This document shows, piece after piece, positions 26,943 to 36,829 of a DNA stretch of 64,000 nucleotides. The notes beneath the pieces were generated by a model that worked only from the letters and a program-made list of their open reading frames with translations, had not been told where the DNA came from and did no database searches. The stretch's first letter is position 1, and every line of letters starts with the position of its first letter. The stretch is taken from the NCBI GenBank assembly GCA_964599885.1, contig CAZRHH010000011.1:1998-65997 (forward strand), read 5' to 3'. Made by a program: the position numbers and the translations under genes. Source of the DNA: an uncultured Dehalococcoidia bacterium (lineage in GTDB: Bacteria > Chloroflexota > Dehalococcoidia > DSTF01 > JACRBR01).

Positions 26943-27226
26943 ATCGAAACCATCAATTCGACGTGACCGCTTGGCATGTATACAATCTCATGGTCAGATG
27001 CCGCGCAGGCATGACCATGGGACTGTCCGCGGTGTTGCGAGGACGGCGTCCTTGTCCAGATTCAGTGATGCCCCTCGGACACGGAACCTCGCTATCGAGC
27101 CTTCTAATCCGACGGTCGCAGGTTCGAATCCTGCCGGGGGTGCCACTAGATGCGAAAATTGCACCAAACCGCGCATTCCGCGGCTGGACGCCGACCATCG
27201 GACTGGTTCGCGACCATCGGATTCGC
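26943..27226 (+). repeat. tRNA-3'-end-like repeat, copy 1 (upstream arm + 76-nt pseudo-tRNA 27070..27145 + downstream arm)
   Basis: GTCGCAGGTTCGAATCCTGCCGGGGGTGCCA is a tRNA T-arm, acceptor 3' strand and CCA. The 5' half does not fold into D or anticodon arms. It shares about 130 bp upstream with copies 2 and 4, and about 80 bp downstream with copy 3. Confidence 0.6.
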
Positions 27227-27309
27227 TAGAACCATGCATGACGATCGCGCGGCGCCCCATCTGCGGAGGCATCTTCACGGTCTTCGAGTTGACTATCGGA
27301 AATGCAGTC

Positions 27310-28221
27310 TCATGGTCGCTTCTTGAGCGGAATGGGGTTGCTCGCTGGCGTTAGGGCGATCGCCAGGTCGTTGAAGCCTTGCTGCGACCAACCGACGCGT
27401 TCAGAACCCATCCGTTCGCGGAGCAGCGCGAAGAGTTGCTCCGCGGCAAGGACATCTTGCCAGTCTCCCCAACCGAGCTCTGCAAATCGCTTCGGTAGCG
27501 GCCGGTGACGCGTACGCCTTCCGTTTGCACCATCGCCGAAGAACGTGTCCACGATCACGCGATTTGCAGCACCCTTGAGTAACTCCACGAATCGCTCTGG
27601 CGAATGCGGCAGGGTGGGACTGACGGCGGCCTGCACCTTCACGCCTGCGGAGCGCGCTTTACGCATCGCGGCAAGGCGGCGATTGATGCTCGGACACGTC
27701 GGCGTAAGCGCGCGACGAACGTGATCGTCGTCGGTCTCGACGGTCATTGATAGCCACGCGAAAGGCATGCCATGCAACAAGTCGAGGTCGCGCTCGACGA
27801 TCGGCGACCGGGTCTGCACCACGAGCAATCCGATGGGCTGTTCGCGGAACACCTCCAGGATGGAGCGCGTGATTGCGAGTCGTCGTTCGGCCGGCTGGTA
27901 CGGATCTGTCGCTGAGCTCATGAATACGCGGATGGAGTTCGGATCGGTGACCGTCCCAAGATCGCGTCGTAAGGCCTCCGCAGCGTTCGCCTTGGCGCGG
28001 AGCCACTGACCCCAAGGCCGGCCCGCGTACAGCCCAATCGGCGACTCGGCGACATAGCAATACACGCCGCAACCTCCGTCGCCGAACGCGCAGCCCATGT
28101 ATGGGTTGAGCGTGTGTGTGAACGCATTGAGAAATCCGCTCGCGGGCGTCAGGACGCTACGCGATCGAACGAGCTGAGTCTCCGATGGCTTTAGGAGCGG
28201 CATTCGGTCTTTGTAGTACAT
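27310..28221 (-). CDS. Radical SAM enzyme, spore-photoproduct-lyase (SplB)-like / DNA repair photolyase family
   Basis: The Cys triad LNPYMGCAFGDGGCGVYCYV is characteristic of the SPL-like radical SAM family. 303 aa. Confidence 0.65.
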   Translation of the reverse strand: MYYKDRMPLLKPSETQLVRSRSVLTPASGFLNAFTHTLNPYMGCAFGDGGCGVYCYVAESPIGLYAGRPWGQWLRAKANAAEALRRDLGTVTDPNSIRVFMSSATDPYQPAERRLAITRSILEVFREQPIGLLVVQTRSPIVERDLDLLHGMPFAWLSMTVETDDDHVRRALTPTCPSINRRLAAMRKARSAGVKVQAAVSPTLPHSPERFVELLKGAANRVIVDTFFGDGANGRRTRHRPLPKRFAELGWGDWQDVLAAEQLFALLRERMGSERVGWSQQGFNDLAIALTPASNPIPLKKRP

Positions 28222-28227
28222 TCGTTC

Positions 28228-29862
28228 TCATCGGTCAAGCCTGAAACCGTCACAAGGCAACAGGTTTGCTCCGGGAAGGTCGGCCGCGACTCCGCGCGAG
28301 AGGACATATGCGTAGTTGCCCGCCAGGCGCATAGTCCTCGTCATGTCCTGAATGGTTAGATCCGTAAGGTTGAACCGGCGTGCATGTTCCAAGAGCTCCT
28401 GGGGACGTAGGTCTGCGTCTTCGATAACCACGTAGTCGCAATGGTTGAGGGCCTCGATGAGAACACTGGTTCCAGCTTTGGTCACGAGTGCACCCGGATC
28501 GAACCGCCGCGTTGGCAAATGGACAGCGTCCTGTGTGCCGTCCCGGGCACTCGCCGGCATGCCCGCGAAATAGGTTGAGAGCGCGGGCTGGGCGAATACG
28601 TGGCCCTCGTCGACGGCGAAGCGATGCGACGATGTGAGTAGCCCGTCGCGGTCGCTTCCGTTGCCACGCAGCCGGTCGGCAGGGGAACGCTCCCCTGCAT
28701 CAAACCAACTATTGTCTGCCGGCGGAGTCCGGAGTTCGCCTCTGGTGAACGAACGAACCTTGAAGTAGCTCGACATGTCTAACACTTTGCACACCAGGCC
28801 AAAGCGAAGGCCGCGGCGCCGAGGGAGCGGGCACCCTTCGACGAGCCACGAGCGGTAATCCGTCGGTATTCTCGAAAGAACCTCAGTCGATCGCTCGACT
28901 TCGCGGTCCTTAAGGCGCTTCGAAACTGTGGGGCCGATACTATCGATCAGTTGGATGCGTAGACGAGGGTCGATATCATGACGCTGCGCCCATCTCACCA
29001 ATCGTGTGCTCAGTTCCGCAGTTAGCGCTCCGCTACCGGCTCCGAGATCGACGAAATCGAACGTTGACCTCCCGCGACTGAATCGCTGCTGTTCGAGCAA
29101 GGGCTCGAAGACGTGGTTCCAAAGCCGCTGAGAGCGGTCACGGAAGAACGGATCCCCCGTTACACCCAACCGGTTTGCAACGGCACCAATCGCACGGAGG
29201 CTCCCTACGTCTCCTCCGGCTCTGTTGCCGGGGTATACCAACAGCGACATCTCTCCGCCTGGTTCCAGGGGGTATCGCCGGTAGTGGCCGAAGATCCGCG
29301 ACGGGTGATCCTTCAGCGCGACGATCGGAAGGAATCGCGTCGTGTGCGGCACTGTTGGCCATAGTCGTGCCAGGAGGTACACCGGGTTGCGCAATGTGCT
29401 TGTCGCTGCCGCGATGTCGCGGGTTGACGAATCGACGAGTGCGAAACACTCAAACCCTATCGTTGCAGCAACTGCGTCCTCGACCATCCGTGACGGCTCT
29501 CGAGCCTTTACCACCACAAGGTCGTCGAGCAGCGACCAGTAGTCGTGACAGTAGCGCGTTACTCCTTCGGAGAATCCGGATCGAATGTATCGTTCCCAGC
29601 TTTGGTGGAGCGACGCGCATTTCGAGAGTAGCGGTTGGTGTCTGAGCGTCTGAAGTGGACGCCAGTATTCCCACCAGTCGATGGCCGTGAGCGAAAGTGC
29701 TCCCGACGCCCCGATGTTTACCGACCGAATAATGTCAGGTCGGTGGAAGGCTGCTCCAAGAAGCGTGCGATCGTGCGATTCAACCGCTTGATCGCTTACG
29801 GGCACCGGCAACATCGCGTCACTCCTGGTCAATTCGGTTCCGTGTGGGTGACACGAAATCAC
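28228..29862 (-). CDS. Large protein with a central class I SAM-dependent methyltransferase fold
   Basis: Motif I-like FDFVDLGAGSGALTAEL. The N- and C-terminal regions are unassigned. Same strand and adjacent to the radical SAM gene. Confidence 0.45.
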   Translation of the reverse strand: MISCHPHGTELTRSDAMLPVPVSDQAVESHDRTLLGAAFHRPDIIRSVNIGASGALSLTAIDWWEYWRPLQTLRHQPLLSKCASLHQSWERYIRSGFSEGVTRYCHDYWSLLDDLVVVKAREPSRMVEDAVAATIGFECFALVDSSTRDIAAATSTLRNPVYLLARLWPTVPHTTRFLPIVALKDHPSRIFGHYRRYPLEPGGEMSLLVYPGNRAGGDVGSLRAIGAVANRLGVTGDPFFRDRSQRLWNHVFEPLLEQQRFSRGRSTFDFVDLGAGSGALTAELSTRLVRWAQRHDIDPRLRIQLIDSIGPTVSKRLKDREVERSTEVLSRIPTDYRSWLVEGCPLPRRRGLRFGLVCKVLDMSSYFKVRSFTRGELRTPPADNSWFDAGERSPADRLRGNGSDRDGLLTSSHRFAVDEGHVFAQPALSTYFAGMPASARDGTQDAVHLPTRRFDPGALVTKAGTSVLIEALNHCDYVVIEDADLRPQELLEHARRFNLTDLTIQDMTRTMRLAGNYAYVLSRGVAADLPGANLLPCDGFRLDR

Positions 29863-29941
29863 AGGGGGTCGGCGATCTCCAACGCCGCGATGTCACGTCG
29901 GACTCAGCATGAACCTGACGAGCGACTTCTCCATCGAGTAA

Positions 29942-30103
29942 AATCTCATGGTCAGATGCCGCGCGGGCATGACCATCGGACTCTTCGCGGCGTTGCGTCA
30001 GCGGCGTCCTTGCCCAGATTCAGTGATGCCCCTCGGACACGGAAACTCGCTATCGAGCCTTCTAATCCGATGGTCGCAGGTTCGAATCCTGCCGGGGGTG
30101 CCA
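29942..30103 (+). repeat. tRNA-3'-end-like repeat, copy 2 (upstream arm + pseudo-tRNA 30028..30103)
   Basis: Near-identical to copy 1 from AATCTCATGGTCAGATGCCGCGC through GGGGGTGCCA. The downstream sequence is unrelated. Confidence 0.6.
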
Positions 30104-30340
30104 CTCAACTTTCGAAGGGCTTCTTGAACGTTTGCAGTAGCATCCCAGCTGATTGCTGGAAAACACGCAACCCTGTCGGGGCACTTCATGCTTGAGGGTG
30201 GCGACGATCCACCCCAGCCGCTGGAACCGCTGCGGGCATGCGTCGTCCGCTGGTACGAGCGATCCGCGACGGATCACCACGGCGGGAATGGTGCGTTTGA
30301 CAGCTTGTGGGTTTGCGACCGCCCAGCCTAGGATGTTCCT

Positions 30341-32134
30341 GTGCTTCCGAAACCATTGATTCTGGCCCTTGCGCTCGTGGCGTCGCTCCTCATCGTGTCC
30401 TGCGGCGATGACCGGAACTCCCGCGACGACCGGGACGCATCGACCGCGCCGACCGTGAGCCCCGATATCCGTGACCGGCTTCAGAAGCCGGGCATGATCA
30501 CCCACGTGCGATACACGTCGTTCACGCCGCCGTGGCCGACGCGCACAGAAGCGTGGATCGACTGGGAAAACGATCGTGTTCGCACCTGGAACATCCAGTG
30601 GACCGATAGCCCCACGAATCCTTCTGTGTGCACATCGATCCAACACGCGGACGGTTGGTATCCCTGTCTGCCATCTCTGGAGAACTACGCTGCGGAGGAC
30701 TTTTCCCGGTTGTATGCGATCTGGCCCAGGGTCCCTCTCCGGACGTCGGATTCGGAAGTGAGCTTCCTGGGCGGAGTCCAGGCGATCTTTTCCGGCGCGT
30801 CGGACGTAGACTGGGCCACGCTGAAGATCGCGCCCGAAGCGACCACTACGGCAACATCTCAGGGCGACACGAATGTCGTCGTCAATTCCTGGGAAGTCCT
30901 ATCCGCCTTCGAAGTGCCCTGCCCGGAAGGCCAAGCGGGTTCTGCGACCTTCGACTACACCGCGACCGAGGAGGGCGAGCCGATCTCGGAGTTCATGATG
31001 GTGAGCTGCGGCGCCGAGCGCGGACAGTACCTCGGCGTCCTATACCACGAGATCGAGTTCGTCGAACCGTCTGATCTCCCGCCGGACTTCTTCGACGCCG
31101 ACGCGACTCGCGCGTCGCTCATCGGTGACCAGCTATCATCGGCCGCGGCACAGCTCGGCGCAATGTTCTGGTTGGGCGAACAGGCCGGCGAGTGGACACT
31201 GCAAGGGGTTGAGCAGCGTGAAGGAACGGCCACCGTCGGCTATTCGCGCGGGGATGGGGACGAAGAAGATGCAGTCACGCTGCAGACGCGTGCGCCGGGA
31301 TCCGGGCGCTTGTGTGACAACGCTGAGCCGATCCCGCATGACGCATACAACGGCTCGCTTTGCAGCGGCGATTACCCAGGGGACGACGAATACCGCATCG
31401 TCTGGACGCCGCCCGGGTTCGACTTGTGGCTGGAGCAGGAATCGTATCCGCCGGACCTCACCCGCGACGACGTGCTCGCGCTCGCTGCGAGCATCCAGCG
31501 ATGGGAGCGGTCGGCTTCAGAGCCATTGCTGACCGGCGATGACGTGCGCAGGCTTGTCGCTGACTCACTGGAACTGGTCTGTCCCAGCAAGCTGCGTGCG
31601 ATACGCGAAGCGCGCTCCACCGCGGCGTTCACCTTCGATCGAGAGACCGGTGAGTGGCACGGCGCGTTCGGCTCCTTCGGCGAGTACGCCGTGCCCGATT
31701 CGAAGCCGGTCGCGATTCCCGCCAGCCAACGCGAGGAAGTCGAATCGACGCTCTCCCACAATGCCGCACAGTTCGCCGAGTGTACGTTCGACGAACAGCC
31801 GCCACCGCAAGAAGGGGACGACGTCCTGGGCATCGAGTTTATGGGCCCGGACGAAGACGGCCTTTCGTTTAAGATCACCGGCGTTGACTCCGACACGGAA
31901 GCGGCCCTCAGCTTCTGCCTGTTGTCAGTTGGTGACGACAGCGGCTGTGAGCTGACGGATCCCGATGGTACGAACGTTGAGCTCCGCGGTGTGAACATCA
32001 ACACCATCCGCTCGAACGTCGTCGAGATCGACGTCGGTCTGTCGCCGGACGAACTCGGCCGCACCGGACCCTGGACGATGTCGCTCGACCTCGGAGACGG
32101 CCGGAAGACAAGCACCACATTTGACGTGCGGTAA
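30341..32134 (+). CDS. Secreted lipoprotein, hypothetical (597 aa)
   Basis: Signal peptide with lipobox LLIVSCGDD. No catalytic motif recognised. Confidence 0.5.
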   Translation: MLPKPLILALALVASLLIVSCGDDRNSRDDRDASTAPTVSPDIRDRLQKPGMITHVRYTSFTPPWPTRTEAWIDWENDRVRTWNIQWTDSPTNPSVCTSIQHADGWYPCLPSLENYAAEDFSRLYAIWPRVPLRTSDSEVSFLGGVQAIFSGASDVDWATLKIAPEATTTATSQGDTNVVVNSWEVLSAFEVPCPEGQAGSATFDYTATEEGEPISEFMMVSCGAERGQYLGVLYHEIEFVEPSDLPPDFFDADATRASLIGDQLSSAAAQLGAMFWLGEQAGEWTLQGVEQREGTATVGYSRGDGDEEDAVTLQTRAPGSGRLCDNAEPIPHDAYNGSLCSGDYPGDDEYRIVWTPPGFDLWLEQESYPPDLTRDDVLALAASIQRWERSASEPLLTGDDVRRLVADSLELVCPSKLRAIREARSTAAFTFDRETGEWHGAFGSFGEYAVPDSKPVAIPASQREEVESTLSHNAAQFAECTFDEQPPPQEGDDVLGIEFMGPDEDGLSFKITGVDSDTEAALSFCLLSVGDDSGCELTDPDGTNVELRGVNINTIRSNVVEIDVGLSPDELGRTGPWTMSLDLGDGRKTSTTFDVR

Positions 32135-32289
32135 CGCGTGGTTACCCCTTGGTTGTCGGAGGAACAGCGGACGGATTTAAGTCAGGAAGTCACGACTTGC
32201 GCCTGACTCCATCGACATGATCTAATCCGGTGGTCTAGTCTGCTAGGCATCGAGACCACAGGACTCGTTTCAGTTCTGGACGCTTTCGG

Positions 32290-32466
32290 TCTTCACTCAG
32301 ATTCACGGTTGCCCCGCGGACACGAAGTTTCGTTAACGAGCCTTCTAATCCGACGGTCGCAGGTTCGAATCCTGCCGGGGGTGCCACCAGATTCAAAATG
32401 ACCTCAAAACCGCGCATTTCGCGGGTTGAGGCCGACCATCGGACTTGTTCGCGACCATCGGATTCG
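32290..32466 (+). repeat. tRNA-3'-end-like repeat, copy 3 (diverged 5' part, pseudo-tRNA 32311..32386 + downstream arm)
   Basis: The 3' 45 nt are identical to copy 1. The downstream arm with the GACCATCGGA direct repeat is shared with copy 1. Confidence 0.55.
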
Positions 32467-32886
32467 TGCGAGCGCGTGCGCGTTCGGTCGAGCGGATGTT
32501 GTCCTACCAAATGTGGGCAGGCACGAGCCTTTGGAACGGCGACCGCTCACATGACCACGAGACTTCCGGTCTCACGATTGACGCGCGCCCACGAACGCGC
32601 CGTTTGACCTCGCTGAGCGTTGAGCGTATAGTCGCGTCACAACTGAATAGAGACGCCTGAGGTGGCCCGAACCCGATGTGAGGGTCTACGCAGGGGAAGC
32701 CGGTGAGAATCCGGCGCTGTCGCGCAACTGTGATCCCGCTCCCGCGGGTAAGCCAGGATACCTGCCCCAGGCGAATCCGAACGCCTTCGCGTGAAAGGGG
32801 TAGGAATCATGACTTCTATGTTTTGACTTTACCCCGAGTCCTTGCGACTCGGGGTTCTCCGTTTCTGACACTCTCGGATGTGAAAG

Positions 32887-34200
32887 GTGACGATCGTGCT
32901 GACACGGTTCTTCCTCGCCTGCTCGGCGATCTTCCTACTTGTTGCTGTAACAACTAACGCGTTCGCGGCCGGACCAGAATCCGCGGCGGCGCTGCAGGCA
33001 ACCAACTACATTCGCTCGCTGCAAAACGCGGACGGCGGCTTTCCCGCCTTCGGTGCAGACTCTAGTCCGTCAACGACCCTCGAAGCCGTGTTCTCCTTCA
33101 GCGCGTATGGCGTTGATGCGCGAACGGTGGAGAATGGAACGAACGGACCAGATGACTACCTGGCGGACCAGGTTGCTGGCGCAACTCTGCCCGCGGGAGC
33201 GGTGGCCAAACTCGCAGCCGGCCTTGCCGCAATGGATATCGATCCAGCGTCCTTCGCCGGCATGAACGTGCTCTCCGCGATGGAAGCCAACTACGATCCG
33301 GCGACGGGGAAATACGGTGATGACGTGTTCGCCCAGTCGCTGTTCATGCTCGCTGAGGTCGCGCTCGACCGGACGGTCCCTTCGATGGCTGCTGACTATC
33401 TCCAGTCGTTACAACTCATTGCCGGGGGCTGGGAGTTCTCGAGCGGCTGGGGTGCCGATACCAACAGCACCGCCCTGGCGCTCCGTGCGTTGATCGCCGC
33501 CGGCGTACCGGCTAGCGATCCCGACATCGCGGGGGCCATCGGGTACTTGCACGCCACGCAACAAGCTGACGGCGGATTCCCGTACTCCGTTCCCGGCGAT
33601 TCTGATCCTAATTCGACGGCCTATGTCATTCAGGCCATCGTCGCAGTGGGTCAAAGTGCCGAAGCAGGAGGCCCGTGGGATCTGGGCGGAAATGCGAATC
33701 CGTTGCACGCTCTCGTCGGCTTTCAGAACCCCGCCACCGGTGCCTTGCAGTTCTTTGGCAGCGACAACCCGTTCGCGACGTATCAGGGCGTACCGGGGCT
33801 GATGCTCGCGGCCTTCCCTGAGCAGTTCGATCCCGATGCGGTTCAACCAACGCCGACGGAGACCGCTACGGATTCACCAACCGCAACGGCAACTGCAACG
33901 ACTACGATCTCCGCTACGGCGACTGGGATCTCTCGTTCGAGCAACCGCGCGCCCGCGTCCACCGTGACGACCGCGCCCGTGGCTGCTGTGTCGACACCAG
34001 AGTCGGTCCCAACAAGAGTGAGTACGGTGCTCGCCGGATCAGCGCAGCCGAATCGACCGACGGGCGTCACCGCACTTCCTTCGGCGGGTTCCGGCGCAGA
34101 ACACTCTGCTTCTGGCGTCGCGATGCTCGCGTTCGCGCTATCAGGCGCAGCACTCGTCGCCGCTGGACTCGCGTCTCGCGGGAGGACGTCGGAACGGTGA
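32887..34200 (+). CDS. Cell-surface protein with prenyltransferase/squalene-oxidase-like repeats and a C-terminal sortase-type anchor
   Basis: Signal peptide, repeated QxxDGGFP motifs (QNADGGFPAF, QQADGGFPYS), a Thr/Ala/Pro-rich stalk, then LPSAG + hydrophobic segment + RGRTSER. Confidence 0.5.
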   Translation: MTIVLTRFFLACSAIFLLVAVTTNAFAAGPESAAALQATNYIRSLQNADGGFPAFGADSSPSTTLEAVFSFSAYGVDARTVENGTNGPDDYLADQVAGATLPAGAVAKLAAGLAAMDIDPASFAGMNVLSAMEANYDPATGKYGDDVFAQSLFMLAEVALDRTVPSMAADYLQSLQLIAGGWEFSSGWGADTNSTALALRALIAAGVPASDPDIAGAIGYLHATQQADGGFPYSVPGDSDPNSTAYVIQAIVAVGQSAEAGGPWDLGGNANPLHALVGFQNPATGALQFFGSDNPFATYQGVPGLMLAAFPEQFDPDAVQPTPTETATDSPTATATATTTISATATGISRSSNRAPASTVTTAPVAAVSTPESVPTRVSTVLAGSAQPNRPTGVTALPSAGSGAEHSASGVAMLAFALSGAALVAAGLASRGRTSER

Positions 34201-35246
34201 TGCCGATTGGCGCGAAACAAGGTCATCCCGCTTCGTGGGCAATCTGGATGTGCTCCGCGATGTTGATGGCGCTTGTGACATCGAACCCGCTGTACCACGC
34301 AACGATCGCGCTTTGCGCGTTGGTTGTGTACGCAAGCGTACGGTCGGACAGGACGCGAGGCCTGGAGGTCTTACTGGTCGCGGGCCTCATCCTCTCGTGT
34401 CTCAGCATCCTCCTCAACCTGGTGACGGGCAGCACGGGGCCGACCGAAGTGTTCGTGCTGCCCGGCGCTACGCTGCCGGGGTGGCTCGGTTCGGTCACCC
34501 TGGGCGGCCGGGTCACGGCCGAGTCGCTGGTCTACGCTGCCGATCAGGCTCTCGCGCTGGTTGCTCTCCTCTGCATCATCTGCGCGTTCAATGCCAGCAT
34601 CGATCACTTTCAGCTCCTCAAGCTAACGCCGCCGGGGCTGGCGCAACTGGGTGTTGTCGTCAGCGTCGGACTGCTTCTCGTGCCGGAGACGCTCGCCCGC
34701 GCGCGGACGTTGCGTGAGGCGCACATCAGTCGCGGGCGCAACGTTGGCTTCGGAACTATTCCATCATCGCTGCTCTCCTTGTTGAGCGACGGTCTCGAAC
34801 GCGCCGTCCAGCGGGCGGAGTCGCTTGACGCCCGCGGGTTCGGAGCGATGGCCGCGCCGCCACGACGGAGCGAAACTACGTTTTCGATCGGCGGCCTCGT
34901 GCTGGCCGCCGTCGGCGCGTTCTCCTGGTACTACGCGGAAGACGGGCGGCCGCTGGCGGCGACAGCTCTACTTTTCGGCGCGCTGCTGGTGATCTCCGTC
35001 GCCTGGCGTCAAGCGTCGCGCGGGACTGCGCGCCGGCTGTACGTCGCGACGTGGAGAAGGACGGATCTGTTCGTCGTCTCGGCGGCGATCGTGGGCGCCG
35101 TTGCGTTCTTCGCCCTCCGTGTAGGAGGGGGCAACCAGATCGACTATCTGCCGTTCCCGGTGGTGCATGCACCTGGCTACGGCATCGCTGCCGCAGCCGC
35201 TTGTTTGTTGCTGCTCGCACCGGTAATCACGAGGAACGAGCCTTGA
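34197..35246 (+). CDS. ecfT: ECF transporter transmembrane (T) component
   Basis: Polytopic membrane protein with an EcfT/CbiQ-like layout. Overlaps the neighbouring genes. Confidence 0.6.
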   Translation: MMPIGAKQGHPASWAIWMCSAMLMALVTSNPLYHATIALCALVVYASVRSDRTRGLEVLLVAGLILSCLSILLNLVTGSTGPTEVFVLPGATLPGWLGSVTLGGRVTAESLVYAADQALALVALLCIICAFNASIDHFQLLKLTPPGLAQLGVVVSVGLLLVPETLARARTLREAHISRGRNVGFGTIPSSLLSLLSDGLERAVQRAESLDARGFGAMAAPPRRSETTFSIGGLVLAAVGAFSWYYAEDGRPLAATALLFGALLVISVAWRQASRGTARRLYVATWRRTDLFVVSAAIVGAVAFFALRVGGGNQIDYLPFPVVHAPGYGIAAAAACLLLLAPVITRNEP

Positions 35247-36829
35247 AGCCGATCGTCGAGGCCGCGGCGCTGAGCTTCGCCTATGGAGCGTCAGCCCGTT
35301 GTGTCTTGCGTGAGCTTGATCTCCGCGTAGGAGAAGGAGAGCTCGTGCTGCTGGCTGGCCCCTCGGGCGGCGGAAAATCCACGCTTCTCCGATGTTTGAA
35401 CGGACTGATCCCGCACTTTCACGGCGGCAGATTTTCCGGGCGTGTGCTCGTCGGGGGACTCGATACGCGTGAGCATCAGCCTCGCGACATCGCATCCGTC
35501 GCGGGGCTCGTCTTCCAAGAGCCGGAAGCACAGAGTGTCGCCCGCACCGTGCAGGAAGAGATCGTTTTCGGCATGGAGAACCGCGGGTTCGATCGCGCTC
35601 TCATGCGCAAACGGCTCGAAGAGGCGCTCGATGCTCTCGGGATCGCTGCGCTTCGGACACGGGAGCTCGCGACGCTCTCCGGTGGCGAGCTGCAACGCGT
35701 CGCAATTGCCGCTGTCCTGACGATGCAGCCGCGCCTCATTTTGATGGATGAGCCAACCTCGCAGCTCGATCCGCAGGCGGCGGACGATGTTCTGCGCCTG
35801 GCTCGCGATCTACGCGAAGACCACGGCCTGACCGTCGTCCTCTCCGAGCACCGGCTGGATCGCGTTGCCTCCTACGTCGATCGCGTTCTGCATCTGCCGG
35901 GCGACGGCAGTGTGCAGACCCTCGCGCCACGCGATGCGATGCGCGTCCTGGTGGGAGCACCACCTGTCACCCAGATCGCGCGGGCGATGGAGTGGTCACC
36001 ATTGCCGCTATCGATCGCGGAGGCACGGCGCTTTCTTCCTGCCAACAAACACGGCTCCACACAACCATCTACGCCAGCAGTTACGGGCGATATCCTCGCT
36101 TCGATCCACAACATCACCGTACAGCTCGCTGGCCGAACGGTGCTGACAGTTGAGCGCATGACATTTCGCGAAGGCGAGTGCGTCGGCCTGATGGGCCGAA
36201 ACGGCGCGGGAAAGACGACCCTTCTTCGAGCGCTGGCCGGGCTCTTACGACCGAACACGGGTCGTCTCGCAGGCTTGACCGCCTTCGAGGCTCGCGTTCG
36301 GTACAAGGATATTGCGTTCGTTCCCCAGGATCCCGCGGCGACTCTGTTCAAGGCCACGCTCGAAGCCGAAGTAGGCGATGTTCTGGACGGCACGGGCCGC
36401 ACCGGTACCCTCGACGCCACACTCGCCGAATGGGATCTCGAACGCTTCCGGGAGCGTGACCACCGAGATTTGAGTGTCGGCGAACGGCAGCGAGCTGCTC
36501 TCGCGGCGCTTCTCGTCGGTCGACCGCGAATGATCCTGCTCGATGAGCCGACCCGGGGCATGGATGCAGCTACGAAGTCGCTCTTGTTGCGAAACCTCAA
36601 GCGTCGTTGTCGAGACGGTGCATGCGTGCTCCTGGCGAGCCACGACGTAGAACTCGTGGCGATGTTTGCCGATCGCGTTGTCCTGCTCGCGGAAGGCGAA
36701 GTGGTGCTCGACGCGCCGGCCCGCAGGGTCCTCACCGGTTCAATCACGTTCTCGACGCAGGCGAACAAGCTCGTCGGTGGCGATGTCCTCACAACAGAGG
36801 AAGCACTCGCGACGCTGGGGAGAACCTGA
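35243..36829 (+). CDS. ECF transporter duplicated ATPase (fused EcfA-EcfA', two ABC NBDs)
   Basis: Two Walker A motifs (GPSGGGKST, GRNGAGKTT) and two signature motifs (LSGGELQRVAIA, LSVGERQRAALA). TTG start at 35243 overlaps the ecfT stop. Confidence 0.75.
   Translation: MKPIVEAAALSFAYGASARCVLRELDLRVGEGELVLLAGPSGGGKSTLLRCLNGLIPHFHGGRFSGRVLVGGLDTREHQPRDIASVAGLVFQEPEAQSVARTVQEEIVFGMENRGFDRALMRKRLEEALDALGIAALRTRELATLSGGELQRVAIAAVLTMQPRLILMDEPTSQLDPQAADDVLRLARDLREDHGLTVVLSEHRLDRVASYVDRVLHLPGDGSVQTLAPRDAMRVLVGAPPVTQIARAMEWSPLPLSIAEARRFLPANKHGSTQPSTPAVTGDILASIHNITVQLAGRTVLTVERMTFREGECVGLMGRNGAGKTTLLRALAGLLRPNTGRLAGLTAFEARVRYKDIAFVPQDPAATLFKATLEAEVGDVLDGTGRTGTLDATLAEWDLERFRERDHRDLSVGERQRAALAALLVGRPRMILLDEPTRGMDAATKSLLLRNLKRRCRDGACVLLASHDVELVAMFADRVVLLAEGEVVLDAPARRVLTGSITFSTQANKLVGGDVLTTEEALATLGRT

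Larger units (their letters stand above)
1..27145 (+). mobile_element. Putative integrated mobilisable or conjugative element. Its right boundary is at the tRNA-3'-like repeat at 27070..27145. Its left boundary is beyond the window start
   Basis: Integrase, Replic_Relax, a T4CP-like ATPase, iterons with Rep, ImmA/XRE and defence-like cargo are followed by a tRNA 3'-end-like sequence. Confidence 0.4.

Noticed and set aside
27070-27145. Possible intact tRNA gene. The T-arm, acceptor and CCA are perfect, and the length back to a plausible 5' end is exactly 76 nt
   Set aside because: No D-stem or anticodon stem can be formed, and the acceptor needs a bulge. The 5' half varies between the five copies while the 3' 45 nt are invariant. 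This is consistent with att-type partial tRNA copies, not a functional tRNA. It should still be run through tRNAscan-SE.
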